From: Paragordius varius
Lineage: Eukaryota > Animalia > Nematomorpha
Assembly: GCA_964247055.1 (NCBI GenBank)
Contig: OZ176056.1
Coordinates: forward strand, 1,612,001 to 1,676,000
Length of the DNA: 64,000 nt
Direction: 5' to 3'
Positions 42,013 through 54,700 of the stretch are shown here, piece by piece. The notes beneath the pieces were generated by a model that searched no databases, was not told where the DNA came from, and saw only the letters and a list, made by a program, of their open reading frames with translations. Every line of letters starts with the position of its first letter. The first letter of the stretch is position 1. A program made the position numbers and the translations under genes.

Positions 42013-43565
42013 TTTTTTAATTAACATAAAAACCAATGAGTCGCATATTTACGACAAAAAAACAGATGCAAATTCGATGTAAATAATGATAAAAATGATA
42101 CAAAAAATAAATTATCGATTTATATGTCAAATTTTACGTCGAATATTGTAAATATACCAAGGAGTTTAGAATTTTATGTATGTTTTTGTCAACCACTGTA
42201 GTGAAATACGGTAAGACAAGGAGTAAACATTGCTAGTTTTTTTTTCAATAAATATTGCCAAATAGTAATACAAAGTAAAGAGCATTATGATGGCTAAATG
42301 AAAAAAATAGCTATATAAGACAAGATATTTACCTTTGGTTAATATGCGCTTTCTGGCAATAATTAATAGATTACTACCAATTTATACTTAGTCCTGTGTT
42401 TACTGATTTTTTATAGCGATCTAAGCCAATTGTGGTACACAAAATTTTAGTGTTTGTTTAATTATTATATAATAAGTGTATTTAGACTGTAAAAGATAAT
42501 CGATTATCGTATTTAATAACTAACTACATCCCAAGGTATGTCATCTCTGAACGTGCTTTCAAAAATAAAGTTTTATATGAATGCTTATATCTAAGTGGAA
42601 TTAAAATTGGCTATTGTTTCTTAAATATATCTTTATTATTGTACGACACTAACAAACTTTGAATTTTATTTTAAAAAAATGTTCCTGTTATTTACCTGTT
42701 AATTAATTTTTCCATTCTTATTCTTGTTTTTAAAGTAATTTTGGTCATTTGTATTGATTCAAATTTGATTTGAACTGTTTGGAAAAATTAAACAAAAAAT
42801 TAAAGCCATTATTCCCTTACTTTATTTTTTTCTGGCATTATTACAAGTCCTGAAATATTTTAATAGGTGTTGATTTAAACTGTAAATTTTGTTTATAATA
42901 ATAAATTTGGCCGATTTATTGTTTGGGTATAATAAATAATATTAACATCAGCTTAAAGTATAACTAACTTCTAAGTTTGCTCAATACGTCAGTTTGATAC
43001 CATCTTTGTTGAGAACATCATATATAAATTTCAAAAGGTATCATTTATTGAAAATTATAATCAATTGTTTAAGAATTAATGATTGCATTAAAATTTCTGT
43101 TTTCCATAATTGAATTTCATCCAATAATTTCAAGCTCAGCATGAACTGTCATTTCAAATCGGCTACGGATCTAAAAATATAAATTAAATCGAAAACTATG
43201 GTAAAAATTAAAATTATACGGACAAAATGTAAATATATAAAAACAAAATTTCTTTTCAAAAATCAACCATACTTTTTTACTAAATTTATCCTATAAAAAC
43301 ATTTATTTACAATCATAAAATACACAGATTGTGTTACCAATAAACATCTCTATTCCAGAATAATTTTTAACAAATTTTTAAGTTTTAAAAATTAAAAAAG
43401 TAAAGAAAAGTATAATTGTCTTTTTGAAAAAAATATATGTCTTCATATTTTCACGGTTTGTCCGTATAAATCAAATCAAATATTAAGATTATTTTTATGT
43501 TGTAAAATTCATGCACAACGTAATTATGTTTTACAACAATCATATCACCCCGTCTATTCTAAAAA

Positions 43566-44909
43566 ATGGTGTTAGATAGTAATGTAAATGTTTGTTTGCG
43601 CGAAAAATGCTTAGCTATAATATCACAGTGTGAACAAGTTCAAGAATTCTTTTGCCCGAATTCAAACTTTAATTCGAATAATTTAAACGACAGTGTAACA
43701 GAGCGAGCAAATCTAAATAATAAACTATTGTGCCATTTGCAAGATACATTGGTCAAATTATGTGAAGTCCTTGTTTTAATAGCCGATTCGTATCAAGAAC
43801 TAACAGAGCAGCAATCATTTACCCTAAATGCCATCAAAGAAATAATTTATAATTTTGAAAATCGGGTTCAAATCACGCAATTCCAAATGGAAGTTATTTC
43901 AAATAATAACTCTATACGAAAATCTGATAGTTTCATCCATCTTAAAAATGTAAATACGAGAACATCTTTTGATAACGTTTCCAGTATCCTTGATAAAGAT
44001 TACGAGAACAGCATGTTCAAAACTGCAAGCGAACATAATAAAATTGGTTACGAAAGTATTGAAATAAGCCTGAACAATTTGACCCAAGAAAATCGTAAAA
44101 ATTTTGCCACACTTTTTGAGCGTTTGTCGGAATTACAAAATTTATTATCTCAACAACAATACCCAATTAAAAATAATTCATCTGATCACAAGGATATTCA
44201 AAAGCAAACACCCGAATTACATGCGAAAATACGCATTAGAAAACAACCGAAACGACACAATTCCATGCCCCCCTTAGGGTCTTTGACACAAGAAGAAAAA
44301 TTTGAAATTAAGCAAAATATATCGGAAGATAGAAAAAGCTATACGATGGAAAACGTTAGAAAAACTATTGCTGAATATGAAAATAGCATAGTTGAATTGC
44401 AACAGAAATTACAAAAAAGGCGTGAAGAGTCTCGAAATAGTAGAATTAAACAATTTTTCACGAAGCTCCACCTTATACATGCCAATATAAAATTGCATGA
44501 ATATCAAAGCTTGCTTTCTGTGATACTACATTTGGGGCCAGGAAAGGTGGATTTGAAAGATAATTTGCTAAGAAATATGGGTACGGATTCAAAAATGCAA
44601 TCTTTTATCCCGTTAGATAGAATGTATTATGAAATTTTTGCAGAACCTATCGATATAAATCAATTATTACGCGACGATATAAATATTTTAACGCCACCAA
44701 GTATAATTAAAACGGAATGGATTATGGAAGAGGTTAAGCGTGAAATGTTGAATATAAATGTGGCACTTGAAAAAATTAGTTATGAAACTTATGTTGAAAT
44801 GAAAGAATGTGATTTCCCGCTTCAAGAAATATGTGAATGTATCAGAGATAGGCGCAATTTTCTTGTTAATAATTTCGTGAACGTTATTTTAATGCAAGAA
44901 AAAGATTGA
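43566..44909 (+). CDS. Intronless 447-aa ORF, predicted helical/coiled-coil, no family recognised
   Basis: A 1344-nt stop-free frame in highly AT-rich DNA is unlikely by chance. ATG start and TGA stop. Heptad-like segments such as VRKTIAEYENSIVELQQKLQKRREE. Confidence 0.8.
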   Translation: MVLDSNVNVCLREKCLAIISQCEQVQEFFCPNSNFNSNNLNDSVTERANLNNKLLCHLQDTLVKLCEVLVLIADSYQELTEQQSFTLNAIKEIIYNFENRVQITQFQMEVISNNNSIRKSDSFIHLKNVNTRTSFDNVSSILDKDYENSMFKTASEHNKIGYESIEISLNNLTQENRKNFATLFERLSELQNLLSQQQYPIKNNSSDHKDIQKQTPELHAKIRIRKQPKRHNSMPPLGSLTQEEKFEIKQNISEDRKSYTMENVRKTIAEYENSIVELQQKLQKRREESRNSRIKQFFTKLHLIHANIKLHEYQSLLSVILHLGPGKVDLKDNLLRNMGTDSKMQSFIPLDRMYYEIFAEPIDINQLLRDDINILTPPSIIKTEWIMEEVKREMLNINVALEKISYETYVEMKECDFPLQEICECIRDRRNFLVNNFVNVILMQEKD

Positions 44910-45110
44910 AATGCGAAATGTTTTATGGTAAAATGCTTTTATTTGAGAATATGATATATAATTTTTGAAAGATTTAAAATACTCGAAAATTCAATAAATT
45001 TACAAAGTTTATAATGTTTACATTAAAATTAGCTATCGAACAAAACGTCAAAACATAATGACAAATATTTTTTTCAATAGACAACCATACTTTTTTATAT
45101 CCTTGATTTT

Positions 45111-45115
<5 letters not shown>

Positions 45116-45165
<50 letters not shown>
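45116..45165. repeat. (TA)n microsatellite; others at about 9162-9202, 10284-10331, 27729-27746, 45906-45926, 46645-46683, 46863-46888 and 60677-60702
   Basis: Perfect TA dinucleotide runs. Confidence 0.95.
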
Positions 45166-45167
<2 letters not shown>

Positions 45168-45349
45168 TAATATAATTTAATAAATTTAAAATGATTGATT
45201 GTGATTTTTCTTTATTTTATACTTTGAAACTCAAAATAATGATATATAATTTAAAAAATTCAAGTTTAAAAATCACAGCTGTGTTTTGAAAAAAATCATT
45301 TGTTTTCACGTTTTGTCAAAACATATAATTTCAATTTTTACGTAAAAAT

Positions 45350-46641
45350 TTATACTTGAGTATTTATTGATGATCCTGGCATTGGATTAATTATAATTGT
45401 GTATAGCAATTCATTTTGTTGGGTTAAATCCTCCACATTTATAGCTACTCGGCCATTTAAGCCCTGGCTAGTTGTTTTGGCATTGGCAATGCTTCCATGT
45501 GTTTGATGGTAATCAAATGTTTCCTTATTTGGACCGTGTTGTTCTTCGAAAACTAAGGGAAAGAAATATATATTTAGCCAGTAAAAATTGAAATCATACA
45601 GACAAAAAGTAAAATATTTAGCAGCGGTTTTTTTAAAAAATCACTGTTTACTTTTTAAAATTGTTTTTTCAAAATATAACTCATCGGTGTGGGTGTGAAA
45701 TGGGGAATAAAGATGTAATTGATTATAAATCTAATGATATAGCTTATTATAATTAAATAATTAATATGAGAAAAATCTTATTTGAAAAATTATGATGGTA
45801 GGCTTGTGAAGAAAATATTTGCCTTTTACATTTGGTCCATATATTTTCTATTTTTACTGTACTTCCGAAAAATATTCACCAATAATTTTTGCGAAAAAAA
45901 CATCCATATATATATATATATATATACTTAGTCGAAAATGTGTTTTTTCTGGAATCATAAGCTTAAGTTGGATCTTGCAATCAGTGACATTGATGTACCT
46001 TATAGATTCGACTGGCATAGCTAATATATCCAAAAAAATATTTAGAGAAAACCTTAAATTATAAAATGTTTTAAAAAACAGCTAGCTTTGCATCAGATGA
46101 TTTTAAAATACAGTTATGAAATTATACAGACAAAACTTAAAGCATAAATAAAGTCTTATTGTTTTTTAAATATTACACATAAGTTATTGCAAAGTATATA
46201 GAGATGTATACCATTTACAGTTTAAATTCACCCTTTACAATTCAAATTCACCCTAAAAATAAATTGTGTTTTTCGGGCTAAGATAACCCATTATTAATAT
46301 GAACCAATCTTTATGGCATATTTTATTATTTTTTCAGTATTATTTTAATTTTAAAAAAAATATATTTTTAAAAATATATAAAAATATAGGTATTTTTAAT
46401 CTTAATAAACAATTTATTTGAGGGTGAATTTCAATTGTTCGAGGGTGAAATTGAATTGTTTAAGGGTAATTTTGAAATGTAAATGGTATTATATAATAGG
46501 AAATCATTTAATTTTGCATTTTATAATGGTAATTAAATAATTTATATAGGATAAATCAAGATTTAAAATGGTATGATTATATTTATTAATAAAATTTCTG
46601 TTTATGTTTTAACGTTTTGTGTGTATAATTTCAACGAGGCT

Positions 46642-46687
<46 letters not shown>

Positions 46688-46981
46688 ACTACCGATTAAA
46701 ACGAATACAGTTAAATTATATATATTATAATTTAACGGTCAAAAATTATTTGAAAAGAAAATTCTAACTGAAATTCCATTTCTCTCCACTTTGTTTAGGT
46801 GTATAGGAGTCATCAGCTTGTTGAAACCAAATTTTGCATTTATCTATTCAGAATTTTGATTCATATATATATATATATATATATATATGGGTATTAATTA
46901 ATTAAGAGAATAAAAATTACCATTTTTCGAAAACCCAATCCAAATTGCAAATACAAAGATGAAAAATGATAATTTAAACAT
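45350..46981 (-). CDS. Small secreted protein, 143 aa, possibly a divergent CUB-like domain
   Basis: Exons 46981-46921 (MFKLSFFIFVFAIWIGFSKN, signal-like), 46843-46769 (DKCKIWFQQADDSYTPKQSGEKWNF), 46020-45928 (TMPVESIRYINVTDCKIQLKLMIPEKTHFRL), 45552-45350 (IFEEQHG..INTQV*). All introns phase 1 with GT-AG ends; total 432 nt. CUB similarity judged by eye only. Confidence 0.75.
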
Positions 46982-48277
46982 TGGTTAAATTTTAAGAGTT
47001 TTGAGATTTACGTTATACAATCAATTTAGGATTCGTAAAATAAAAGGGAAATAAACTTTTTATTTTATATAATTGTCATTCCGTTCGCTATCTTGCCTTA
47101 GGGATACATGATGCATTTGCATTTTTGGGTTTAAAAACCAATTATTTTGGAGGTAATGTTATATAATTGATATCAAACATTGCTGGTTATTTTTTTAATT
47201 TAATTGAATAATGATTTAGGAGGTTGTGTTAAGTTTGGATAACTTTAAATTTTAACGTTTTACTCGATGCTTTCAAACGAACGTAATTTAAAATACATTT
47301 GCTGAATTATAGATAAAAAAATATATCATAGTTAACCTTGCATAATAAAATAGTATCGGAATGAAATTTTTGCAATTTTTTTTTCACGCAAGAGATACCT
47401 ATATAAAAAATAAACCAAACGCTATGTTGGATAAAATTTGGGTACATTAAGCTGTTGAATTTTATTAATGGCGCTAAGAATTACCCAATCCATATTAAGA
47501 AACTTTACTAAACTAACGTTTATGTTTTGGAATGACACAATGGTATAATTTATTGATTTGCAGTGAGGTGTCCAACACGCGATAGCAATTTTACCACAAA
47601 CCGCGAAAGAAATTACAAAAATTTTGTCGTTATTTTAAACATTTTTTTCAATTTTTTCGCATAAGTGCCGTGAATACAATATGAAAATAAAAATAAATTT
47701 ATAAGAAACTCAAATTTTCGCCCAATGGCATCATCAGGAATCGTTTAAAAAAATAAATTAACGTAATGTTAAACAAATATAAAATAAATTAAAGTTAAAT
47801 GTGTGATTAATCAATAATCTTGAAAAACCACACAATTTACAATAAACATTGAAATTATACAGACAAAACGTAAAAAAATATGACAAATATTTATTTCTAA
47901 AAAAAGCTTAAAAACGATCATGTTTTTTGAATCTTGATTATCTTAAATAAACTGATTGTTTTAAGCTCTTTACATTTTACCTTTTATCCATATAATTTCA
48001 ATTTTTACTGTAATTAAATCAAACTGCTTTTACCATTTGATATGTATAAGAAGTTAATTTTGATCTTAAATGAAATCCTAATTATAAAATATTTTCACCC
48101 AATTTTTTCCCGCTTTGATTTAATACAGTAGAGTTGCTAAATATAGAAAATGCGCAGTATTATATAAAAATAAAACAATTTAACAAATTGATTATAAAAG
48201 TTAATTATTTATGCCTACAAGCTATATTTAACTAATTATAATAATATCAATTGATAAATTTATAACATATTTTTAGG

Positions 48278-51277
48278 ATGATTTATATTTTGTGCGCTAT
48301 ACTTTTTATAAATATTCATCATACTATTGTTAATCAAATACTCCCATCCGAACAATCCAATGATAATAAATATAATGAAATTTCGTTAATACCATTAAAT
48401 CAAACTGGAACGTCTCTTCCAAATAAACAACTAAATAAAACAATTTGGACTACAGGTAATTAAGTTGTATTTAATTTGATGAAATTTTTAAGGTTTTATT
48501 TATAAACCATTTTTAAAATACATTCTTTTCATTCATGCCTAAAAAAACAACTTTTAAACGCATTTTTACAATCAATTTAACACTTCGATTCAAATTGGGG
48601 TATCTAAATACCCCAGACTAAATTTGAGTTAGGATTTTTAAAAAACTACTGAAGGAAACGGTTCCAATTTAAATTTATGCTTCTATCCTGATAAATATTA
48701 TATAAATATGCCAAAATATCTTGATAAAATTTTGTTTGAAAAAAAAAGCTCCATCTCAAACTACTTCGACGCCATTTTTATTTTACAAAATTTTTGCAAA
48801 ATATCGTCTTTATTTAATTTTAAGGGTAAAAATAAAGCTAATTTTTTATATAAATTACATCTAACATTGATAGAAATAGAGAAGCGGTTTAGTTTGTATA
48901 AATTTTCAATTTTACAATTTGACACATGTCACGTTGATGAAATTTTTACCTTTCGCTTTTAGCATAAAATAAGTAATATCAAGTATTTTTGAATAAAATT
49001 TTTTATATATTTCGGTTTATTAATGTTGGATAAGTGCAAAATTTTGCCATGGTTTCGATTCCTTTTATATTTTTTAAAGAATTTAATTTTAAACAGGCCT
49101 GGGGTATCCAACCATCCCAATTTGAATCGAAGGACTAAAATGAGTGTGTTGTATCCAAGTGTTAAAGAGATGCATTTGATTTAACAAAAGTTGTCATTGA
49201 TTGAAAAAGTGTTGTTAATAAAAAATGGTATAATTTTTAAAATGAACTATAAAATAGGCTTAGTTTAACAATTATCATCAAACCGTAATATAAGCTAAAT
49301 GTAAGGTTAATAATACCATACCTAGTTTTTATATATTTCAGCTGATATTTTATTAAATTTGATAATTCTTAAAAATCTAATCTTACGGGTTATTTTCATG
49401 ATAATTGCAAAATCGACTTAAGTCATTGGTATCAAACCGTGGCTTTTTTTGTTGAATACCACCGGCTTAAGCAATGTCGGAATTTAAAAATAAGACCGTT
49501 TCGTTTATAAATGATTAAATTAGTTTTTTTCATAAACACCATTTTTAAGGACCAATATGGCCCAAAATCTAATTAAATACTGCGCCCAAAATCTAATTAA
49601 CACTTCGATTCAAATTGGGGTATCTAAATACCCCAGACTAAATTTAAATTAATATTTTTAAAAAACTACTGAAGGAAACGGTCCCAATTTAAATTTATGC
49701 TTCTATCCTGATAAATAGTATATAAATATGCCAAAAAATCTTGATAAAATTTTGTTTTGAAAAAAAGCTCCATCTCAAACGACTCGACGCCATTTTTATT
49801 TTACAAAATTTTTGCAAAATATCGTCTATATTTAATTTTAAGGGTTAAACTAAAGCTAATTTTTTATATAAATTACATCTAACATTGATAGAAATAGGAA
49901 AAGAAGTTTAGTTTGTATAATTTTTCAATTTTACAATTTGACACATGTCACGTTGACGAAATTTTTACCTTTTGGTTTTAGCTTAAAATAAGTAATATCA
50001 AGTATTTTTGAATAAAATTTTTTATATATTTCGGTTTATTAATGTTATATAAGTGCAAAATTTTGCCATGGTTTCAATTCCTTCAATACTTTTTAAAGAA
50101 TTTGATTTTAAACAGGCCTGGGGTATCCAACTACCCCAATTTGAATCGAAGGACTAAAATGAGTGTGTTGTATCCAAGTGTTGCGAAAATCAAAAATAGT
50201 TATATTTTAATTTACCACAAAAAAATCGTAATAAAACTTATTTTGACGTTAGAAAACTGTTTTAAACCAAATTATTCAGAACGGAGATTTCTGGAATGTG
50301 AACAATGTGTTTGCCTTATGAATCCACAAACGTATAAATATCAATACCGATGCAACATGTATAATTTTTTAGTCCTTTTATATTTAACAGCAAAAAATGA
50401 AATTATTCGGAGAAAACCTAAAAAAAATTACTACATATATTATTTTCTAAAGACTGTTGTATTTTTAAACTTAGTTTTTTAGAAATAATTGATGTAGTAA
50501 ACTACAGAGAGAAATTGAAAATTGTAATTATAAGGCCAAAATGTAAAAATATAAAGACATTTTTTTCTTCTAAAAGACTATGATACTTGTTCAAACCTTA
50601 AACTTTTCTATATAAGCTATTTAGTTACAATCGTAAATTATAGATTAGATTGTGTTAATGATATATATATATCTATTTTACACTTTGCCATTTTAAATGA
50701 TTTATATTTAAATAAATCTAAATTTAAAAAGTATGGTTGTTTTTTAGTAAAAAATATTTCTCTTTATATTTTTACGTTTTGTCCGTATAATTTTGATTTT
50801 CAATACGCAACAAACTTGCCTCTTAAATGCCCGTCAATATAACCCGATAGTGATAAAATTTGATACATTTAAAAATTATCCCTTTTTACATATTAATTTT
50901 TAAAAATAATTACATCCATATTTTAAAACTTTTTTACAGTTATAAAATCTATTATTGTATTTGGCTGCTGATTATTATTGTTTCAAAATGCTGTTTTTGG
51001 TAAGATGAAACTTAAATTTATAACTCAAAGTTAGAATTTATGTTGAAAAATGCATATTTTATAAGAATATAATAATTAATTTTTTGTGCGATGTCTCATT
51101 ATTTAGGGGGTGCGATGCATATGTCATTTCAAAGAAATAAAAAAATTAATAGAGATAATATTGTATAAATTATAATTTTAATTTGTTAGATGTAATCCAA
51201 TAGATTGCAATTGCACCATAACACAAAACATCCTTCAAACCTTCCCGGAATGCTGTAAAAAATGTTCTTGTGTATAA
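48278..51277 (+). CDS. Secreted protein with a single von Willebrand factor type C (VWC)-like domain, about 114 aa
   Basis: Exon 48278-48455 (MIYILCAILFINIHHTIVN.., signal-like), 50253-50331 (ENCFKPNYSERRFLECEQCVCLMNPQT), 51190-51277 (CNPIDCNCTITQNILQTFPECCKKCSCV*). Joined Cys spacing C-x12-C-x2-C-x-C-x6-C-x4-C-x-C-x12-CC-x2-C fits VWC. An extra internal exon near 49342-49503 cannot be excluded. Confidence 0.7.
48581..49161 (+). mobile_element. piggyBac-type MITE, copy C (581 bp)
   Basis: TTAA|CACTTCGATTCAAATTGGGG...GTATCCAAGTG|TTAA, inside the first intron of the VWC gene model. Confidence 0.85.
49601..50180 (+). mobile_element. piggyBac-type MITE, copy D (580 bp)
   Basis: Highly similar to copy C. 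Left flank TTAA, right flank TTGC. Confidence 0.85.
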
Positions 51278-51780
51278 ATTTTAATCAAACTGTTATAAAA
51301 TAAAATAGAAAATTTAATATATTGTTCTCATTAATTTTATAAATGAATATATACATAAATAAATGCAAATAATTTACAAAATTTTGAATAAATTTCATTT
51401 TGTTGATCATCAATTGTGAAACAGTAAAATTGAAATTAAAAACAAAATGTATTAATGTAAAGATAAATACTTTTTTTTAAGGAAATTATATAATTTTAAA
51501 TCTCTTTTCCATACTAATCTATTTGATTAACATTTTATATATAATTAAGTTTTATAACAATTTACATCTTTGTTCCTTATTTCGACAAATAAATTTAAAA
51601 AATTTTGTTTGGTTAGGTTTGAAATAATATTTGTCTTGTTTTTACGTCATTTCTGCATATAATTTAAATTTTTACTAAAATATAAATTATAGTAAGAAAA
51701 AAATTGTTGTTTTAAAGCATATTTATAATAAAATGTGAAATATTTGAGCTATTTTGAATTACTTTTACAAAAAAAAATGA

Positions 51781-54700
51781 TCAAGATTTGATATAGGAAT
51801 GGTGAGGAAAATTATAAAAGACTAGGCAAGATATCAATAAAATAAGGAATGAACAAATATAGATTCTTGGTGCAGTTTTTAACAAAGTTAATTTGCAGTT
51901 GACGGAATCGAGGAAGCGCTTTAAACCATATTTCTAATAAATCATATAAAGGTATAAATATATGAAGTTTAAAATCTATTTTTGAAAAATTAAAAATAAA
52001 CATAAATAAGTTTATGATATATTTATTCGAAATTTGACTGATCCCAAATATTCATAACTACACCAAATTCTCACAAAAGTTAAAATCAAGACTTTTCTGC
52101 CATTTTTATGTACAATCCTGAAAATAAAACCTTTTTTTCGTCATAAATTAAAAAATAAATTTATACCAAAGAATGAATTTGAGTTGGGGACATTTGCGAC
52201 ACGCCCGTTTTATTTTTTCCATTTATTACGACAGATTCATTTTTTTCATAATTTGTTTCAAATTTACCATTATTTTCCGTGTTAAGCAAATTATTATTAA
52301 TTGGTTTTGCCAGGTCTTGGCACATGTTCCGATACAATTTTTTACAATCATTTAATTCTTCGGAATACAGAGCACTTAAACGATTTCTTTCAGAAGCGAA
52401 AAACTAAATAAACGTGTATAGATTAGTATAAAAACAGTCATACAATTGATTTTTTATTCCTAAATAACTCTTAAATGATTAAACTGTTAAATAGATTGTT
52501 TGAATGTTTGATATCGATTTTTTATACCAACCCAAAATAGGTTTAATTTTAAAAACTCAAGGCTTAAAATATATGTTTTTTTAGAAAATATCAGATTTAG
52601 TCGAATTTTAGCATAATAAAATCATTTTTAACTGTAAAAATAAATTTTTACAGTATAATATTAAAAAATTCATGATAATATTACTTTAATATAATCGGTT
52701 GATGAATTTTCATTTGAACTCAAACCGTTTTCATTAGTTAAACATTTCTCTATCACTTCCAAAGCCTGTTCAATTTGATTCAAACCTTCATATGCCTGAA
52801 AAAGGTAAAATATATGGTTTTTAATCATAAAATTATATTAAATTTCAAGATATAAATAATTTAATAAAGGAACTAAAATTAAATTTTTTAATATTTTGTT
52901 AATAAACTAAAAAATATATCATTTTTACAAAAAAAGAATTTAAAAATAATAAGATTCCATATGCTACCTTTATTTGACGCCAGAGAGCTTTAAGGTCCCA
53001 GGGATCACAAATAAACACATTAGAGAGTGATTTAAGACACGCATTGTAAGCCTTTACCTAAAACGTTTTAATAAAATTAATTAAAATTTATAAAGACAAA
53101 ACAAAAGACTTAAAATTTTATAGATATTTTTGATTAGATAATTGTTGGAAAATATATAATTGAGTTTATTTGATTAAAAAAATTTGTCTTTAATTTTTCA
53201 TTTTGTCCTAATAATATTAATTTTTAAGGTAAATTGAAAAAATAAAAAAAGTAATACTTTTAACTGACATTCGGCAATATTGTTGTGAAGTTCACAATAT
53301 AGTTTTTGATACGCTTTATTGAGTTTCTCCTGTGTAAAATATAAAGTAATATATTTAAAAATTTTAAAATTTTACAATATATTTATCATAATTTATTTAA
53401 AATAACTATGAAAAATACGGAATGCATGTGCTTTTATATTTTAAATAAAATATATCAATTTAATTAAAGTATGAACATAAATTAAAAAATTAATAAAAAC
53501 CAAAAAAAAATCTATAAATTATAATTTTTACAGCGCTTAAATATCAAAAAACAAATTTTCTGAATTCTTAGGATAATTTAACATCAAAGTCATTTATATG
53601 ACAAAACAAAAGTTATTTAAAAAAACAGGTAAAATCAATATATTTTATAATTAAAACAAATCCCAAAAAGCTGAGTAGATTTCCCAATTCCTGTTGCTAA
53701 AACCTGAAAATATGCGGACAAGACATTATAAAATATAAAGAAACTTTTTTTCTAAAATACAACTCCATACTTTTTAAAACCATGATGTTTCCCATATAAG
53801 TCATTTAGTGTTACAATTATGTAAATACAGAATTGATTGTGTTAGTATTATATATCACTATTTCACACTTTTCCATTTAAAACAATGAGTTATATTGATA
53901 TAAATCTAGATATAAAAAGTATGGTTGTCTTTATGAAAAAAATATTTGTCTTTATATATTTACATTTTGTCCGTGCAATTTCAGTTTTTACTGTAATTCT
54001 TATAGTTAATTATTTCAAATTAATACTAAAAGATATAAAACTTTATCAAACTGTTTTTGTTGAGTTAATTCTTTACTGTTTTCAACCAGCATCACTTCAT
54101 CAGTTTGTAATTGGTCTAATGCAAAGGCTAGGATATCTAAACCCCTTAATATTTTAACAAAAATTTAGTTAACAATAAAATAAATTTTTATTAGTATTTT
54201 TTTTTAAAAAAAATCATAAATTTAGGTATATTAAAAAAAATTAATACTTGGAATAACAATCAATTGCATAGGTATAATCGCCACGTTTAAACCAGAAATT
54301 ACCGCGTTCTTTCTTAGATTTGCTAAATGTAATATAATAAATTTATAAATACAAGAAAAAAACTATAATAATTTTCAATCCTTAATAAGGTCTTTCAAGG
54401 CTAATTTATTGCTAATATAATAATAAAATCTTAATCAATTAAACAGAAACTAAAGATTTTAAAATAATTAATATCAAACCGCTTATGGGAGACATAGGTT
54501 AAGAATTGAAATCATACAGACAAACGTAAAAATTTAAAGACATTTTTTTTTTAAAAAAAGACGAAATTTTTTTAAATAAAACTCCTTGTTTTAAACAACA
54601 AAGTGAAAAAAAAAATGATATTGGTAACACAATATATTACATATTTTACATTTGTTATAACATGATTTTAATAAGATAAATTAAGGTTTAAAAAAGTATG

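Noticed and set aside
48708-48962. ORFs inside TTAA MITE copies (48708-48962, 30097-30291, 5' part of 50042-50482)
   Set aside because: Not conserved as open frames between copies and carry no transposase motifs. Only 50253-50331 of the last ORF is used, as a VWC exon.
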